Below, piece by piece: positions 1 through 15,000 of a stretch of DNA of 64,000 nucleotides. Origin of the DNA: Eledone cirrhosa (Eukaryota); contig OZ024758.1 of assembly GCA_964016885.1 (NCBI GenBank), positions 35,340,001-35,404,000 of the forward strand, in the 5' to 3' direction. Made by a program: the position numbers and the translations under genes. Under the pieces are notes generated by a model that was not told the DNA's origin, did not search any database, and was given only the letters and a program-made list of their open reading frames with translations. Position 1 is the first letter of the stretch. Every line of letters starts with the position of its first letter.

Positions 1-3000
1 TGAGAATTCATTTAAGTCATGGTATTAGCTGTCAGAAGTAACTCCAATGTTGGTGAGAATTCATTTAAGTTCATGGTATTAGCTGTCAGAAGTAACTCCA
101 CTGTTGGTGAGAATTCATTTAAGTTCATGGTATTAGCTGTCAGAAGGAACTCCAATGTTGGTGAGAATTCATTTAAGTCATGGTACTAGCTGTCAGAAGT
201 AACTCCACTGTTGGTGAGAATTCATTTAAGTTCATGGTATTAGCTGTCAGAAGGAACGCCACTGTTGGTGAGAATTCATTTAAGTTCATGGTATTAGCTG
301 TCAGAAGTAACTCCACTGTTGGTGAGAATTCATTTAAGTTCATGGTACTAGCTGTCAGAAGTAACTCCAATGTTGGTGAGAATTCATTTAGGTTCATGGT
401 ATTAGCTGTCAGAAGGAACTCCACTGTTGGTGAGAATTCATTTAAGTCTTGGTATTAGTTGTCAGAAGTAACTCCAATGTTGGTGAGAATTCATTTAAGT
501 TCATGGTACTAGCTGTCAGAAGTAACTCCACTGTTGGTGAGAATTCATTTAAGTTCATGGTACTAGCTGTCAGAAGTAACTCCAATGTTGGTGAGAATTC
601 ATTTAAGTTCATGGTATTAGCTGTCAGAAGTAACTCCACTGTTGGTGAGAATTCATTTAAGTTCATGGTACTAGCTGTCAGAAGTAACTCCACTGTTGGT
701 GAGAATTCATTTAAGTTCATGGTATTAGCTGTCAGAAGTAACTCCACTGTTGGTGAGAATTCATTTAAGTTCATGGTACTAGCTGTCAGAAGTAACCCCA
801 ATGTGGGTGAGAATTCATTTAAGTTCATGGTATTAGCTGTCAGAAGTCACTCCAATGTTGGTGAGAATTCATTTAAGTTCATGGTATTAGCTGTCAGAAG
901 TAACTCCACTGTTGGTGAGAATTCATTTAAGTTCATGGTACTAGCTGTCAGAAGTAACCCCAATGTTGGTGAGAATTCATTTAAGTTCATGGTATTAGCT
1001 GTCAGAAGTCACTCCACTGTTGGTGAGAATTCATTTAAGTTCATGGTACTAGCTGTCAGAAGTAACCCCAATGTTGGTGAGAATTCATTTAAGTTCATGG
1101 TATTAGCTGTCAGAAGTCACTCCAATGTTGGTGAGAATTCATTTAAGTTCATGGTATTAGCTGTCAGAAGTAACTCCACTGTTGGTGAGAATTCATTTAA
1201 GTTCATGGTATTAGCTGTCAGAAGTAACTCCACTGTTGGTGAGAATTCATTTAAGTTCATGGTATTAGCTGTCAGAAGGAACTCCACTGTTGGTGAGAAT
1301 TCATTTAAGTCTTGGTGTTAGTTGTCAGAAGTAACTCCAATGTTGGTGAGAATTCTTTTAAGTTCATGGTACTAGCTGTCAGAAGTAACTCCACTGTTGG
1401 TGAGAATTCATTTAAGTTCATGGTACTAGCTGTCAGAAGTAACTCCAATGTTGGTGAGAATTCATTTAAGTTCATGGTATTAGCTGTCAGAAGTAACTCC
1501 AATGTTGGTGAGAATTCATTTAAGTTCATGGTATTAGCTGTCAGAAGGAACTCCACTGTTGGTGAGAATTCATTTAAGTCTTGGTATTAGTTGTCAGAAG
1601 TAACTCCAATGTTGGTGAGAATTCATTTAAGTTCATGGTATTAGCTGTCAGAAGTAACTCCACTGTTGGTGAGAATTCATTTAAGTTCATGGTATTAGCT
1701 GTCAGAAGGAACTCCACTGTTGGTGAGAATTCATTTAAGTTCATGGTACTAGCTGTCAGAAGTAACTCCACTGTTGGTGAGAATTCATTTAAGTTCATGG
1801 TACAAGCTGTCAGAAGTAACTCCAATGTTGGTGAGAATTCATTTAAGTTCATGGTATTAGCTGTCAAAAGTAACTCCAATGTTGGTGAGAATTCATTTAA
1901 GTCATGGTATTAGTTGTCAGAAGTAACTCCAATGTTGGTGAGAATTCATTTAAGTTCATGGTTCTAGCTGTCAGAAGTAACTCCACTGTTGGTGAGAAAT
2001 CATTTAAGTTCATGGTATTAGCTGTCAGAAGTAACTCCACTGTTGGTGAGAATTCATTTAAGTCATGGTATTAGCTGTCAGAAGTAACTCCATTGTTGGT
2101 GAGAATTCATTTAAGTCATGGTACTAGCTGTCAGAAGTAACTCCACTGTTGGTGAGAATTCATTTAAGTTCATGGTACTAGCTGTCAGAAGTAACTCCAC
2201 TGTTGGTAAGAATTCATTTAAGTTCATGGTATTAGTTCGTCAGAAGTAACTCCACTGTTGGTGAGAATTCATTTAAGTCATGGTATTAGTTGTCAGAAGT
2301 AACTCCAATGTTGGTGAGAATTCATTTAAGTCATGGTACTAGCTGTCAGAAGTAACTCCAATGTTGGTGAGAATTCATTTAAGTTCATGGTATTAGCTGT
2401 CAGAAGGAACTCCACTGTTGGTGAGAATTCATTTAAGTTCATGGTACTAGCTGTCAGAAGTAACTCCAATGTTGGTGAGAATTCATTTAAGTTCATGGTA
2501 TTAGCTGTCAGAAGGAACTCCACTGTTGGTGAGAATTCATTTAAGTCATGGTATTAGCTGTCAGAAGTAACTCCAATGTTGGTGAGAATTCATTTAAGTT
2601 CATGGTATTAGCTGTCAGAAGTAACTCCACTGTTGGTGAGAATTCATTTAAGTTCATGGTATTAGCTGTCAGAAGGAACTCCAATGTTGGTGAGAATTCA
2701 TTTAAGTCATGGTACTAGCTGTCAGAAGTAACTCCACTGTTGGTGAGAATTCATTTAAGTTCATGGTATTAGCTGTCAGAAGGAACGCCACTGTTGGTGA
2801 GAATTCATTTAAGTTCATGGTATTAGCTGTCAGAAGTAACTCCACTGTTGGTGAGAATTCATTTAAGTTCATGGTACTAGCTGTCAGAAGTAACTCCAAT
2901 GTTGGTGAGAATTCATTTAAGTTCATGGTACTAGCTGTCAGAAGTAACTCCAATGTTGGTGAGAATTCATTTAAGTTCATGGTATTAGCTGTCAGAAGTA

Positions 3001-6000
3001 ACTCCACTGTTGGTGAGAATTCATTTAAGTTCATGGTACTAGCTGTCAGAAGTAACCCCAATGTTGGTGAGAATTCATTTAAGTTCATGGTATTAGCTGT
3101 CAGAAGTCACTCCAATGTTGGTGAGAATTCATTTAAGTTCATGGTATTAGCTGTCAGAAGTAACTCCACTGTTGGTGAGAATTCATTTAAGTTCATGGTA
3201 CTAGCTGTCAGAAGTAACCCCAATGTTGGTGAGAATTCATTTAAGTTCATGGTATTAGCTGTCAGAAGTCACTCCACTGTTGGTGAGAATTCATTTAAGT
3301 TCATGGTACTAGCTGTCAGAAGTAACCCCAATGTTGGTGAGAATTCATTTAAGTTCATGGTATTAGCTATCAGAAGTCACTCCAATGTTGGTGAGAATTC
3401 ATTTAAGTTCATGGTATTAGCTGTCAGAAGTAACTCCACTGTTGGTGAGAATTCATTTAAGTTCATGGTATTAGCTGTCAGAAGTAACTCCACTGTTGGT
3501 GATAATTCATTTAAGTTCATGGTATTAGCTGTCAGAAGGAACTCCACTGTTGGTGAGAATTCATTTAAGTCTTGGTGTTAGTTGTCAGAAGTAACTCCAA
3601 TGTTGGTGAGAATTCATTTAAGTTCATGGTACTAGCTGTCAGAAGTAACTCCACTGTTGGTGAGAATTCATTTAAGTTCATGGTACTAGCTGTCAGAAGT
3701 AACTCCAATGTTGGTGAGAATTCATTTAAGTTCATGGTATTAGCTGTCAGAAGTAACTCCAATGTTGGTGAGAATTCATTTAAGTTCATGGTATTAGCTG
3801 TCAGAAGGAACTCCACTGTTGGTGAGAATTCATTTAAGTCTTGGTATTAGTTGTCAGAAGTAACTCCAATGTTGGTGAGAATTCATTTAAGTTCATGGTA
3901 TTAGCTGTCAGAAGTAACTCCACTGTTGGTGAGAATTCATTTAAGTCATGGTACTAGCTGTCAGAAGTAACTCCACTGTTGGTGAGAATTCATTTAAGTT
4001 CATGGTACTAGCTGTCAGAAGTAACTCCACTGTTGGTGAGAATTCATTTAAGTTCATGGTACTAGCTGTCAGAAGTAACTCCAATGTTGGTGAGAATTCA
4101 TTTAAGTTCATGGTATTAGCTGTCAATAGTAACTCCAATGTTGGTGAGAATTCATTTAAGTTCATGGTATTAGCTGTCAGAAGTAACTCCACTGTTGGTG
4201 AGAATTCATTTAAGTTCATGGTACTAGCTGTCAGAAGTAACTCCACTGTTGGTGAGAATTCATTTAAGTTCATGGTATTAGCTGTCAGAAGTAACTCCAC
4301 TGTTGGTGAGAATTCATTTAAGTTCATGGTACTAGCTGTCAGAAGTAACCCCAATGTTGGTGAGAATTCATTTAAGTTCATGGTATTAGCTGTCAGAAGT
4401 AACTCCACTGTTGGTGAGAATTCATTTAAGTTCATGGTACTAGCTGTCAGAAGTAACTCCAATGTTGGTGAGAATTCATTTAAGTTCATGGTATTAGCTG
4501 TCAGAAGGAACTCCACTGTTGGTGAGAATTCATTTAAGTTCATGGTATTAGCTGTCAGAAGTAACTCCACTGTTGGTGAGAATTCATTTAAGTTCATGGT
4601 ATTAGCTGTCAGAAGTAACTCCACTGTTGGTGAGAATTCATTTAAGTTCATGGTATTAGTTTGTCAGAAGTAACTCCACTGTTGGTGAGAATTCATTTAA
4701 GTCATGGTATTAGTTGTCAGAAGTAACTCCAATGTTGGTGAGAATTCATTTAAGTTCATGGTATTAGCTGTCAGAAGTAACTCCACTGTTGGTGAGAATT
4801 CATTTAAGTTCATGGTATTAGCTGTCAGAAGTAACTCCACTGTTGGTGAGAATTCATTTGAGTCATGGTATTAGCTGTCAGAAGTAACTCCAATGTTGGT
4901 GAGAATTCATTTGAGTCATGGTACTAGCTGTCAGAATTAACTCCAATGTTGGTGAGAATTCAGTTAAGTTCATGGTATTAGCTGTCAGAAGGAAGTCCAC
5001 TGTTGGTGAGAATTCATTTAAGTTCATGGTATTAGCTGTCAGAAGTAACTCCACTGTTGGTAAGAATTCATTTAAGTTCATGGTACTAGCTGTCAGAAGT
5101 AACTCCATTGTTGGTGAGAATTCATTTAAGTCATGGTACTAGCTGTCAGAAGGAACTCTACTGTTGGTGAGAATTCATTTAAGTTCATGGTATTAGCTGT
5201 CAGAAGTAACTCCACTGTTGGTGAGAATACATTTAAGTTCATGGTACTAGCTGTCAGAAGTAACTCCACTGTTGGTGAGAATTCATTTAAGTTCATGGTA
5301 CTAGCTGTCAGAAGGAACTCCACTGTTGGTGAGAATTCATTTAAGTTCATGGTATTAGCTGTCAGAAGTAACTCCAATGTTGGTGAGAATTCATTTAAGT
5401 CATGGTACTAGCTGTCAGAAGTAACTCCACTGTTGGTGAGAATTCATTTAAGTTCATGGTATTAGCTGTCAGAAGCAACTCCACTGTTGGTGAGAATTCA
5501 TTTAAGTTCATGGTACTAGCTGTCAGAAGTAACTCCACTGTTGGTGAGAATTCAGTTAAGTTCATGGTGTTAGTTGTCAGAAGTAACTCCACTGTTGGTG
5601 AGAATTCATTTATATCATGGTACTAGTTGTCAGAAGTAACTCCAATGTTGGTGAGAATTCATTTAAGTTCATGGTACTAGCTGTCAGAAGTAACTCCACT
5701 GTTGGTGAGAATTCATTTAAGTTCATGGTATTAGTTTGTCAGAAGTAACTCCACTGTTGGTGAGAATTCATTTAAGTCATGGTATTAGCTGTCAGAAGTA
5801 ACTCCAATGTTGGTGAGAATTCATTTAAGTCATGGTACTAGCTCTCAGAAGTAACTCCACTGTTGGTGAGAATTCATTTAAGTTCATGGTACTAGCTGTC
5901 AGAAGGAACTCCACTGTTGGTGAGAATTCATTTAAGTTCATGGTATTAGCTGTCAGAAGTAACTCCAATGTTGGTGAGAATTCATTTGAGTCATGGTACT

Positions 6001-9000
6001 AGCTGTCAGAATTAACTCCAATGTTGGTGAGAATTCAGTTAAGTTCATGGTATTAGCTGTCAGAAGGAACTCCACTGTTAGTGAGAATTCATTTAAGTTC
6101 ATGGTATTAGCTGTCAGAAGTAACTCCACTGTTGGTAAGAATTCATTTAAGTTCATGGTACTAGCTGTCAGAAGTAACTCCACTGTTGGTGAGAATTCAT
6201 TTAAGTTCATGGTACTAGCTGTCAGAAGTAACTCCACTGTTGGTGAGAATTCATTTAAGTTCATGGTATTAGCTGTCAGAAGGATCTCCACTGTTGGTGA
6301 GAATTCATTTAAGTTCATGGTACTAGCTGTCAGAAGTAACTCCACTGTTGGTGAGAATTCATTTAAGTTCATGGTACTAGCTGTCAGAAGTAACTCCAAT
6401 GTTGGTGAGAATTCATTTAAGTTCATGGTATTAGCTGTCAGAAGGAACTCCACTGTTGGTGAGAATTCATTTAAGTCTTGGTATTAGTTGTCAGAAGTAA
6501 CTCCAATGTTGGTGAGAATTCATTTAAGTTCATGGTACTAGCTGTCAGAAGTAACTCCACTGTTGGTGAGAATTCATTTAAGTTCATGGTACTAGCTGTC
6601 AGAAGTAACTCCAATGTTGGTGAGAATTCATTTAAGTTCATGGTATTAGCTGTCAGAAGTAACTCCACTGTTGGTGAGAATTCATTTAAGTTCATGGTAC
6701 TAGCTGTCAGAAGTAACCCCAATGTTGGTGAGAATTCATTTAAGTTCATGGTATTAGCTGTCAGAAGTCACTCCAATGTTGGTGAGAATTCATTTAAGTT
6801 CATGGTATTAGCTGTCAGAAGTAACTCCACTGTTGGTGAGAATTCATTTAAGTTCATGGTACTAGCTGTCAGAAGTAACCCCAATGTTGGTGAGAATTCA
6901 TTTAAGTTCATGGTATTAGCTGTCAGAAGTCACTCCACTGTTGGTGAGAATTCATTTAAGTTCATGGTACTAGCTGTCAGAAGTAACCCCAATGTTGGTG
7001 AGAATTCATTTAAGTTCATGGTATTAGCTGTCAGAAGTCACTCCAATGTTGGTGAGAATTCATTTAAGTTCATGGTATTAGCTGTCAGAAGTAACTCCAC
7101 TGTTGGTGAGAATTCATTTAAGTTCATGGTATTAGCTGTCAGAAGTAACTCCACTGTTGGTAATAATTCATTTAAGTTCATGGTATTAGCTGTCAGAAGG
7201 AACTCCACTGTTGGTGAGAATTCATTTAAGTCTTGGTGTTAGTTGTCAGAAGTAACTCCAATGTTGGTGAGAATTCATTTAAGTTCATGGTACTAGCTGT
7301 CAGAAGTAACTCCACTGTTGGTGAGAATTCATTTAAGTTCATGGTACTAGCTGTCAGAAGTAACTCCAATGTTGGTGAGAATTCATTTAAGTTCATGGTA
7401 TTAGCTGTCAGAAGTAACTCCACTGTTGGTGAGAATTCATTTAAGTTCATGGTACTAGCTGTCAGAAGTAACTCCAATGTTGGTGAGAATTCATTTAAGT
7501 TCATGGTATTAGCTGTCAGAAGGAACTCCACTGTTGGTGAGAATTCATTTAAGTCTTGGTATTAGTTGTCAGAAGTAACTCCAATGTTGGTGAGAATTCA
7601 TTTAAGTTCATGGTATTAGCTGTCAGAAGTAACTCCACTGTTGGTGAGAATTCATTTAAGTCATGGTACTAGCTGTCAGAAGTAACTCCACTGTTGGTGA
7701 GAATTCATTTAAGTTCATGGTACTAGCTGTCAGAAGTAACTCCACTGTTGGTGAGAATTCATTTAAGTTCATGGTACTAGCTGTCAGAAGTAACTCCAAT
7801 GTTGGTGAGAATTCATTTAAGTTCATGGTATTAGCTGTCAAAAGTAACTCCAATGTTGGTGAGAATTCATTTAAGTTCATGGTATTAGCTGTCAGAAGTA
7901 ACTCCACTGTTGGTGAGAATTCATTTAAGTTCATGGTACTAGCTGTCAGAAGTAACTCCACTGTTGGTGAGAATTCATTTAAGTTCATGGTATTAGCTGT
8001 CAGAAGTAACTCCACTGTTGGTGAGAATTCATTTAAGTTCATGGTACTAGCTGTCAGAAGTAACCCCAATGTTGGTGAGAATTCATTTAAGTTCATGGTA
8101 TTAGCTGTCAGAAGTAACTCCACTGTTGGTGAGAATTCATTTAAGTTCATGGTACTAGCTGTCAGAAGTAACTCCAATGTTGGTGAGAATTCATTTAAGT
8201 TCATGGTATTAGCTGTCAGAAGGAACTCCACTGTTGGTGAGAATTCATTTAAGTTCATGGTATTAGCTGTCAGAAGTAACTCCACTGTTGGTGAGAATTC
8301 ATTTAAGTTCATGGTATTAGCTGTCAGAAGTAACTCCACTGTTGGTGAGAATTCATTTAAGTTCATGGTATTAGTTTGTCAGAAGTAACTCCACTGTTGG
8401 TGAGAATTCATTTAAGTCATGGTATTAGTTGTCAGAAGTAACTCCAATGTTGGTGAGAATTCATTTAAGTTCATGGTACTAGCTGTCAGAAGTAACTCCA
8501 CTGTTGGTGAGAATTCATTTAAGTTCATGGTATTAGCTGTCAGAAGTAACTCCACTGTTGGTGAGAATTCATTTAAGTCATGGTATTAGCTGTCAGAAGT
8601 AACTCCAATGTTGGTGAGAATTCATTTGAGTCATGGTACTAGCTGTCAGAATTAACTCCAATGTTGGTGAGAATTCAGTTAAGTTCATGGTATTAGCTGT
8701 CAGAAGGAAGTCCACTGTTGGTGAGAATTCATTTAAGTTCATGGTATTAGCTGTCAGAAGTAACTCCACTGTTGGTAAGAATTCATTTAAGTTCATGGTA
8801 CTAGCTGTCAGAAGTAACTCCACTGTTGGTGAGAATTCATTTAAGTTCATGGTACTAGCTGTCAGAAGTAACTCCACTGTTGGTGAGAATTCAGTTAAGT
8901 TCATGGTGTTAGTTGTCAGAAGTAACTCCACTGTTGGTGAGAATTCATTTAAATCGTGGTACTAGTTGTCAGAAGTAACTCCAAAGTTGGTGAGAATTCA

Positions 9001-12000
9001 TTTAAGTTCATGGTACTAGCTGTCAGAAGTAACTCCACTGTTGGTGAGAATTCATTTACGTTCATGGTATTAGTTTGTCAGAAGTAACTCCACTGTTGGT
9101 GAGAATTCATTTAAGTCATGGTATTAGCTGTCAGAAGTAACTCCAATGTTGGTGAGAATTCATTTAAGTCATGGTACTAGCTCTCAGAAGTAACTCCACT
9201 GTTGGTGAGAATTCATTTAAGTTCATGGTACTAGCTGTCAGAAGGAACTCCACTGTTGGTGAGAATTCATTTAAGTTCATGGTATTAGCTGTCAGAAGTA
9301 ACTCCAATGTTGGTGAGAATTCATTTGAGTCATGGTACTGGCTGTCAGAATTAACTCCAATGTTGGTGAGAATTCATTTAAGTTCATGGTACTAGCTGTC
9401 AGAAGTAACTCCACTGTTGGTGAGAATTCATTTAAGTTCATGGTATTAGCTGTCAGAAGGAACTCCACTGTTGGTGAGAATTCATTTAAGTTCATGGTAC
9501 GAGCTGTCAGAAGTAACTCCAATGTTGGTGAGAATTCATTTAAGTTCATGGTATTAGCTGTCAGAAGGAACTCCACTGTTGGTGAGAATTCATTTAAGTC
9601 TTGGTATTAGTTGTCAGAAGTAACTCCAATGTTGGTGAGAATTCATTTAAGTTCATGGTACTAGCTGTCAGAAGTAACTCCACTGTTGGTGAGAATTCAT
9701 TTAAGTTCATGGTACTAGCTGTCAGAAGTAACTCCAATGTTGGTGAGAATTCATTTAAGTTCATGGTATTAGCTGTCAGAAGTAACTCCACTGTTGGTGA
9801 GAATTCATTTAAGTTCATGGTACTAGCTGTCAGAAGTAACTCCACTGTTGGTGAGAATTCATTTAAGTTCATGGTATTAGCTGTCAGAAGTAACTCCACT
9901 GTTGGTGAGAATTCATTTAAGTTCATGGTACTAGCTGTCAGAAGTAACCCCAATGTTGGTGAGAATTCATTTAAGTTCATGGTATTAGCTGTCAGAAGTC
10001 ACTCCAATGTTGGTGAGAATTCATTTAAGTTCATGGTATTAGCTGTCAGAAGTAACTCCACTGTTGGTGAGAATTCATTTAAGTTCATGGTATTAGCTGT
10101 CAGAAGTAACTCCACTGTTGGTGAGAATTCATTTAAGTTCATGGTATTAGCTGTCAGAAGGAACTCCAATGTTGGTGAGAATTCATTTAAGTCATGGTAC
10201 TAGCTGTCAGAAGTAACTCCACTGTTGGTGATAATCCATTTACGTTCATGGTATTAGCTGTCAGAAGGAACGCCACTGTTGGTGAGAATTCATTTAAGTT
10301 CATGGTATTAGCTGTCAGAAGTAACTCCACTGTTGGTGAGAATTCATTTAAGTTCATGGTACTAGCTGTCAGAAGTAACTCCAATGTTGGTGAGAATTCA
10401 TTTAAGTTCATGGTATTAGCTGTCAGAAGGAACTCCACTGTTGGTGAGAATTCATTTAAGTTCATGGTATTAGCTGTCAGAAGTAACTCCACTGTTGGTG
10501 AGAATTCATTTAAGTTCATGGTACTAGTTGTCAGAAGTAACTCCGCTGTTGGTGAGAATTCATTTAAGTTCATGGTATTAGTTGTCAGAAGTAACTCCAC
10601 TGTTGGTGAGAATTCATTTAAGTCATGGTATTAGTTGTCAGAAGTAACTCCAATGTTGGTGAGAATTCATTTAGGTTCATGGTTCTAGCTGTCAGAAGTA
10701 ACTCCACTGTTGGTGAGAATTCATTTAAGTTCATGGTATTAGCCGTCAGAAGTAACTCCACTGTTGGTGAGAATTCATTTAAGTCATGGTATTATCTGTC
10801 AGAAGTAACTCCATTGTTGGTGAGATTTCATTTAAGTCATCGTACTAGCTGTCAGAAGTAACTCCACTGTTGGTGAGAATTCATTTAAGTTCATGGTATT
10901 AGCTGTCAGAAGTAACTCCACTGTTGGTGAGAATTCATTTAAGTCATGGTATTAGCTGTCAGAAGTAACTCCAATGTTGGTGAGAATTCATTTGAGTCAT
11001 GGTACTAGCTGTCAGAATTAACTCCAATGTTGGTGAGAATTCAGTTAAGTTCATGGTATTAGCTGTCAGAAGGAAGTCCACTGTTGGTGAGAATTCATTT
11101 AAGTTCATGGTATTAGCTGTCAGAAGTAACTCCACTGTTGGTAAGAATTCATTTAAGTTCATGGTACTAGCTGTCAGAAGTAACTCCACTGTTGGTGAGA
11201 ATTCATTTAAGTTCATGGTACTAGCTGTCAGAAGTAACTCCACTGTTGGTGAGAATTCAGTTAAGTTCATGGTGTTAGTTGTCAGAAGTAACTCCACTGT
11301 TGGTGAGAATTCATTTAAATCATGGTATTAGTTGTCAGAAGTAACTCCAATGTTGGTGAGAATTCATTTAAGTTCATGGTACTAGCTGTCAGAAGTAACT
11401 CCACTGTTGGTGAGAATTCATTTAAGTTCATGGTATTAGTTTGTCAGAAGTAACTCCACTGTTGGTGAGAATTCATTTAAGTCATGGTATTAGTTGTCAG
11501 AAGTAACTCCAATGTTGGTGAGAATTCATTTAAGTTCATGGTACTAGCTGTCAGAAGTAACTCCACTGTTGGTGAGAATTCATTTAAGTTCATGGTATTA
11601 GCTGTCAGAAGTAACTCCACTGTTGGTGAGAATTCATTTAAGTCATGGTATTAGTTGTCAGAAGTAACTCCAATGTTGGTGAGAATTCATTTAAGTTCAT
11701 GGTACTAGCTGTTAGAAGTAACTCCACTGTTGGTGAGAATTCATTTAAGTTCATGGTATTAGCTGTCAGAAGTAACTCCACTGTTGGTGAGAATTCATTT
11801 AAGTCATGGTATTAGCTGTCAGAAGTAACTCCAATGTTGGTGAGAATTCATTTAAGTCATGGTATTAGCTGTCAGAAGTAACTCCAATGTTGGTGAGAAT
11901 TCATTTAAGTTCATGGTATTAGTTGTCAGAAGTAACTCCACTGTTGGTGAGAATTCATTTAAGTTCATGGTACTAGCTGTCAGAAGTAACTCCACTGTTG

Positions 12001-15000
12001 GTGAGAATTCATTTAAGTCATGGTATTAGCTGTCAGAAGTAACTCCAATGTTGGTGAGAATTCATTTAAGTTCATGGTATTAGTTGTCAGAAGTAACTCC
12101 ACTGTTGGTGAGAATTCATTTAAGTCATGGTACTAGCTGTCAGAAGCAACTCCACTGTTGGTGAGAATTCATTTAAGTTCATTGTATTAGCTGTCAGAAG
12201 TAACTCCACTGTTGGTGAGAATTCATTTAAGTCATGGTATTAGCTGTCAGAAGTAACTCCAATGTTGGTGAGAATTCATTTGAGTCATGGTACTAGCTGT
12301 CAGAATTAACTCCAATCTTGGTGAGAATTCAGTTAAGTTCATGGTATTAGCTGTCAGAAGGAACTCCACTGTTGGTGAGAATTCATTTAAGTTCATGGTA
12401 TTAGCTGTCAGAAGTAACTCCACTGTTGGTAAGAATTCATTTAAGTTCATGGTACTAGCTGTCAGAAGTAACTCCAATGTTGGTGAGAATTCATTTAAGT
12501 TCATGGTACTAGCTGTCAGAAGTAACTCCACTGTTGGTGAGAATTCATTTAAGTTCATGGTATTAGCTGTCAGAAGTAACTCCACTGTTGGTGAGAATTC
12601 ATTTAAGTCATGGTATTAGCTGTCAGAAGTAACTCCATTGTTGGTGAGAATTCATTTAAGTCATGGTACTAGCTGTCAGAAGTAACTCCACTGTTGGTGA
12701 GAATTCATTTAAGTTCATGGTATTAGCTGTCAGAAGGAACTCTACTGTTGGTGAGAATTCATTTAAGTTCATGGTATTAGCTGTCAGAAGTAACTCCACT
12801 GTTGGTGAGAATTCATTTAAGTTCATGGTATTAGTTTGTCAGAAGTAACTCCACTGTTGGTGAGAATTCATTTAAGTCATGGTATTAGTTGTCAGAAGTA
12901 ACTCCAATGTTGGTGAGAATTCATTTAAGTAATGGTACTAGCTGTCAGAAGTAACTCCAATGTTGGTGAGAATTCATTTAAGTTCATGGTATTAGCTGTC
13001 AGAAGTAACTCCACTGTTGGTGAGAATTCATTTAAGTTCATGGTATTAGCTGTCAGAAGTAACTCCACTGTTGGTGAGAATTCATTTAAGTTCATGGTAT
13101 TAGTTTGTCAGAAGTAACTCCACTGTTGGTGAGAATTCATTTAAGTCATGGTATTAGTTGTCAGAAGTAACTCCAATGTTGGTGAGAATTCATTTAAGTT
13201 CATGGTACTAGCTGTCAGAAGTAACTCCACTGTTGGTGAGAATTCATTTAAGTTCATGGTATTAGCTGTCAGAAGTAACTCCACTGTTGGTGAGAATTCA
13301 TTTAAGTCATGGTATTAGCTGTCAGAAGTAACTCCAATGTTGGTGAGAATTCATTTGAGTCATGGTACTAGCTGTCAGAATTAACTCCAATGTTGGTGAG
13401 AATTCAGTTAAGTTCATGGTATTAGCTGTCAGAAGGAAGTCCACTGTTGGTGAGAATTCATTTAAGTTCATGGTATTAGCTGTCAGAAGTAACTCCACTG
13501 TTGGTAAGAATTCATTTAAGTTCATGGTACTAGCTGTCAGAAGTAACTCCACTGTTGGTGAGAATTCATTTAAGTTCATGGTACTAGCTGTCAGAAGTAA
13601 CTCCACTGTTGGTGAGAATTCAGTTAAGTTCATGGTGTTAGTTGTCAGAAGTAACTCCACTGTTGGTGAGAATTCATTTAAATCATGGTATTAGTTGTCA
13701 GAAGTAACTCCAATGTTGGTGAGAATTCATTTAAGTTCATGGTACTAGCTGTCAGAAGTAACTCCACTGTTGGTGAGAATTCATTTAAGTTCATGGTATT
13801 AGTTTGTCAGAAGTAACTCCACTGTTGGTGAGAATTCATTTAAGTCATGGTATTAGTTGTCAGAAGTAACTCCAATGTTGGTGAGAATTCATTTAAGTTC
13901 ATGGTACTAGCTGTCAGAAGTAACTCCACTGTTGGTGAGAATTCATTTAAGTTCATGGTATTAGCTGTCAGAAGTAACTCCACTGTTGGTGAGAATTCAT
14001 TTAAGTCATGGTATTAGTTGTCAGAAGTAACTCCAATGTTGGTGAGAATTCATTTAAGTTCATGGTACTAGCTTTTAGAAGTAACTCCACTGTTGGTGAG
14101 AATTCATTTAAGTTCATGGTACTAGCTGTCAGAAGTAACTCCACTGTTGGTGAGAATTCATTTAAGTCATGGTATTAGCTGTCAGAAGTAACTCCAATGT
14201 TGGTGAGAATTCATTTAAGTTCATGGTATTAGTTGTCAGAAGTAACTCCACTGTTGGTGAGAATTCATTTAAGTCATGGTATTAGTTGTCAGAAGTAACT
14301 CCACTGTTGGTGAGAATTCATTTAAGTCATGGTACTAGCTGTCAGAAGCAACTCCACTGTTGGTGAGAATTCATTTAAGTTCATTGTATTAGCTGTCAGA
14401 AGTAACTCCACTGTTGGTGAGAATTCATTTAAGTCATGGTATTAGCTGTCAGAAGTAACTCCAATGTTGGTGAGAATTCATTTGAGTCATGGTACTAGCT
14501 GTCAGAATTAACTCCAATGTTGGTGAGAATTCAGTTAAGTTCATGGTATTAGCTGTCAGAAGGAACTCCACTGTTGGTGAGAATTCATTTAAGTTCATGG
14601 TATTAGCTGTCAGAAGTAACTCCACTGTTGGTAAGAATTCATTTAAGTTCATGGTACTAGCTGTCAGAAGTAACTCCAATGTTGGTGAGAATTCATTTAA
14701 GTTCATGGTACTAGCTGTCAGAAGTAACTCCACTGTTGGTGAGAATTCATTTAAGTTCATGGTATTAGCTGTCAGAAGTAACTCCACTGTTGGTGAGAAT
14801 TCATTTAAGTCATGGTATTAGCTGTCAGAAGTAACTCCATTGTTGGTGAGAATTCATTTAAGTCATGGTACTAGCTGTCAGAAGTAACTCCACTGTTGGT
14901 GAGAATTCATTTAAGTTCATGGTATTAGCTGTCAGAAGGAACTCTACTGTTGGTGAGAATTCATTTAAGTTCATGGTATTAGCTGTCAGAAGTAACTCCA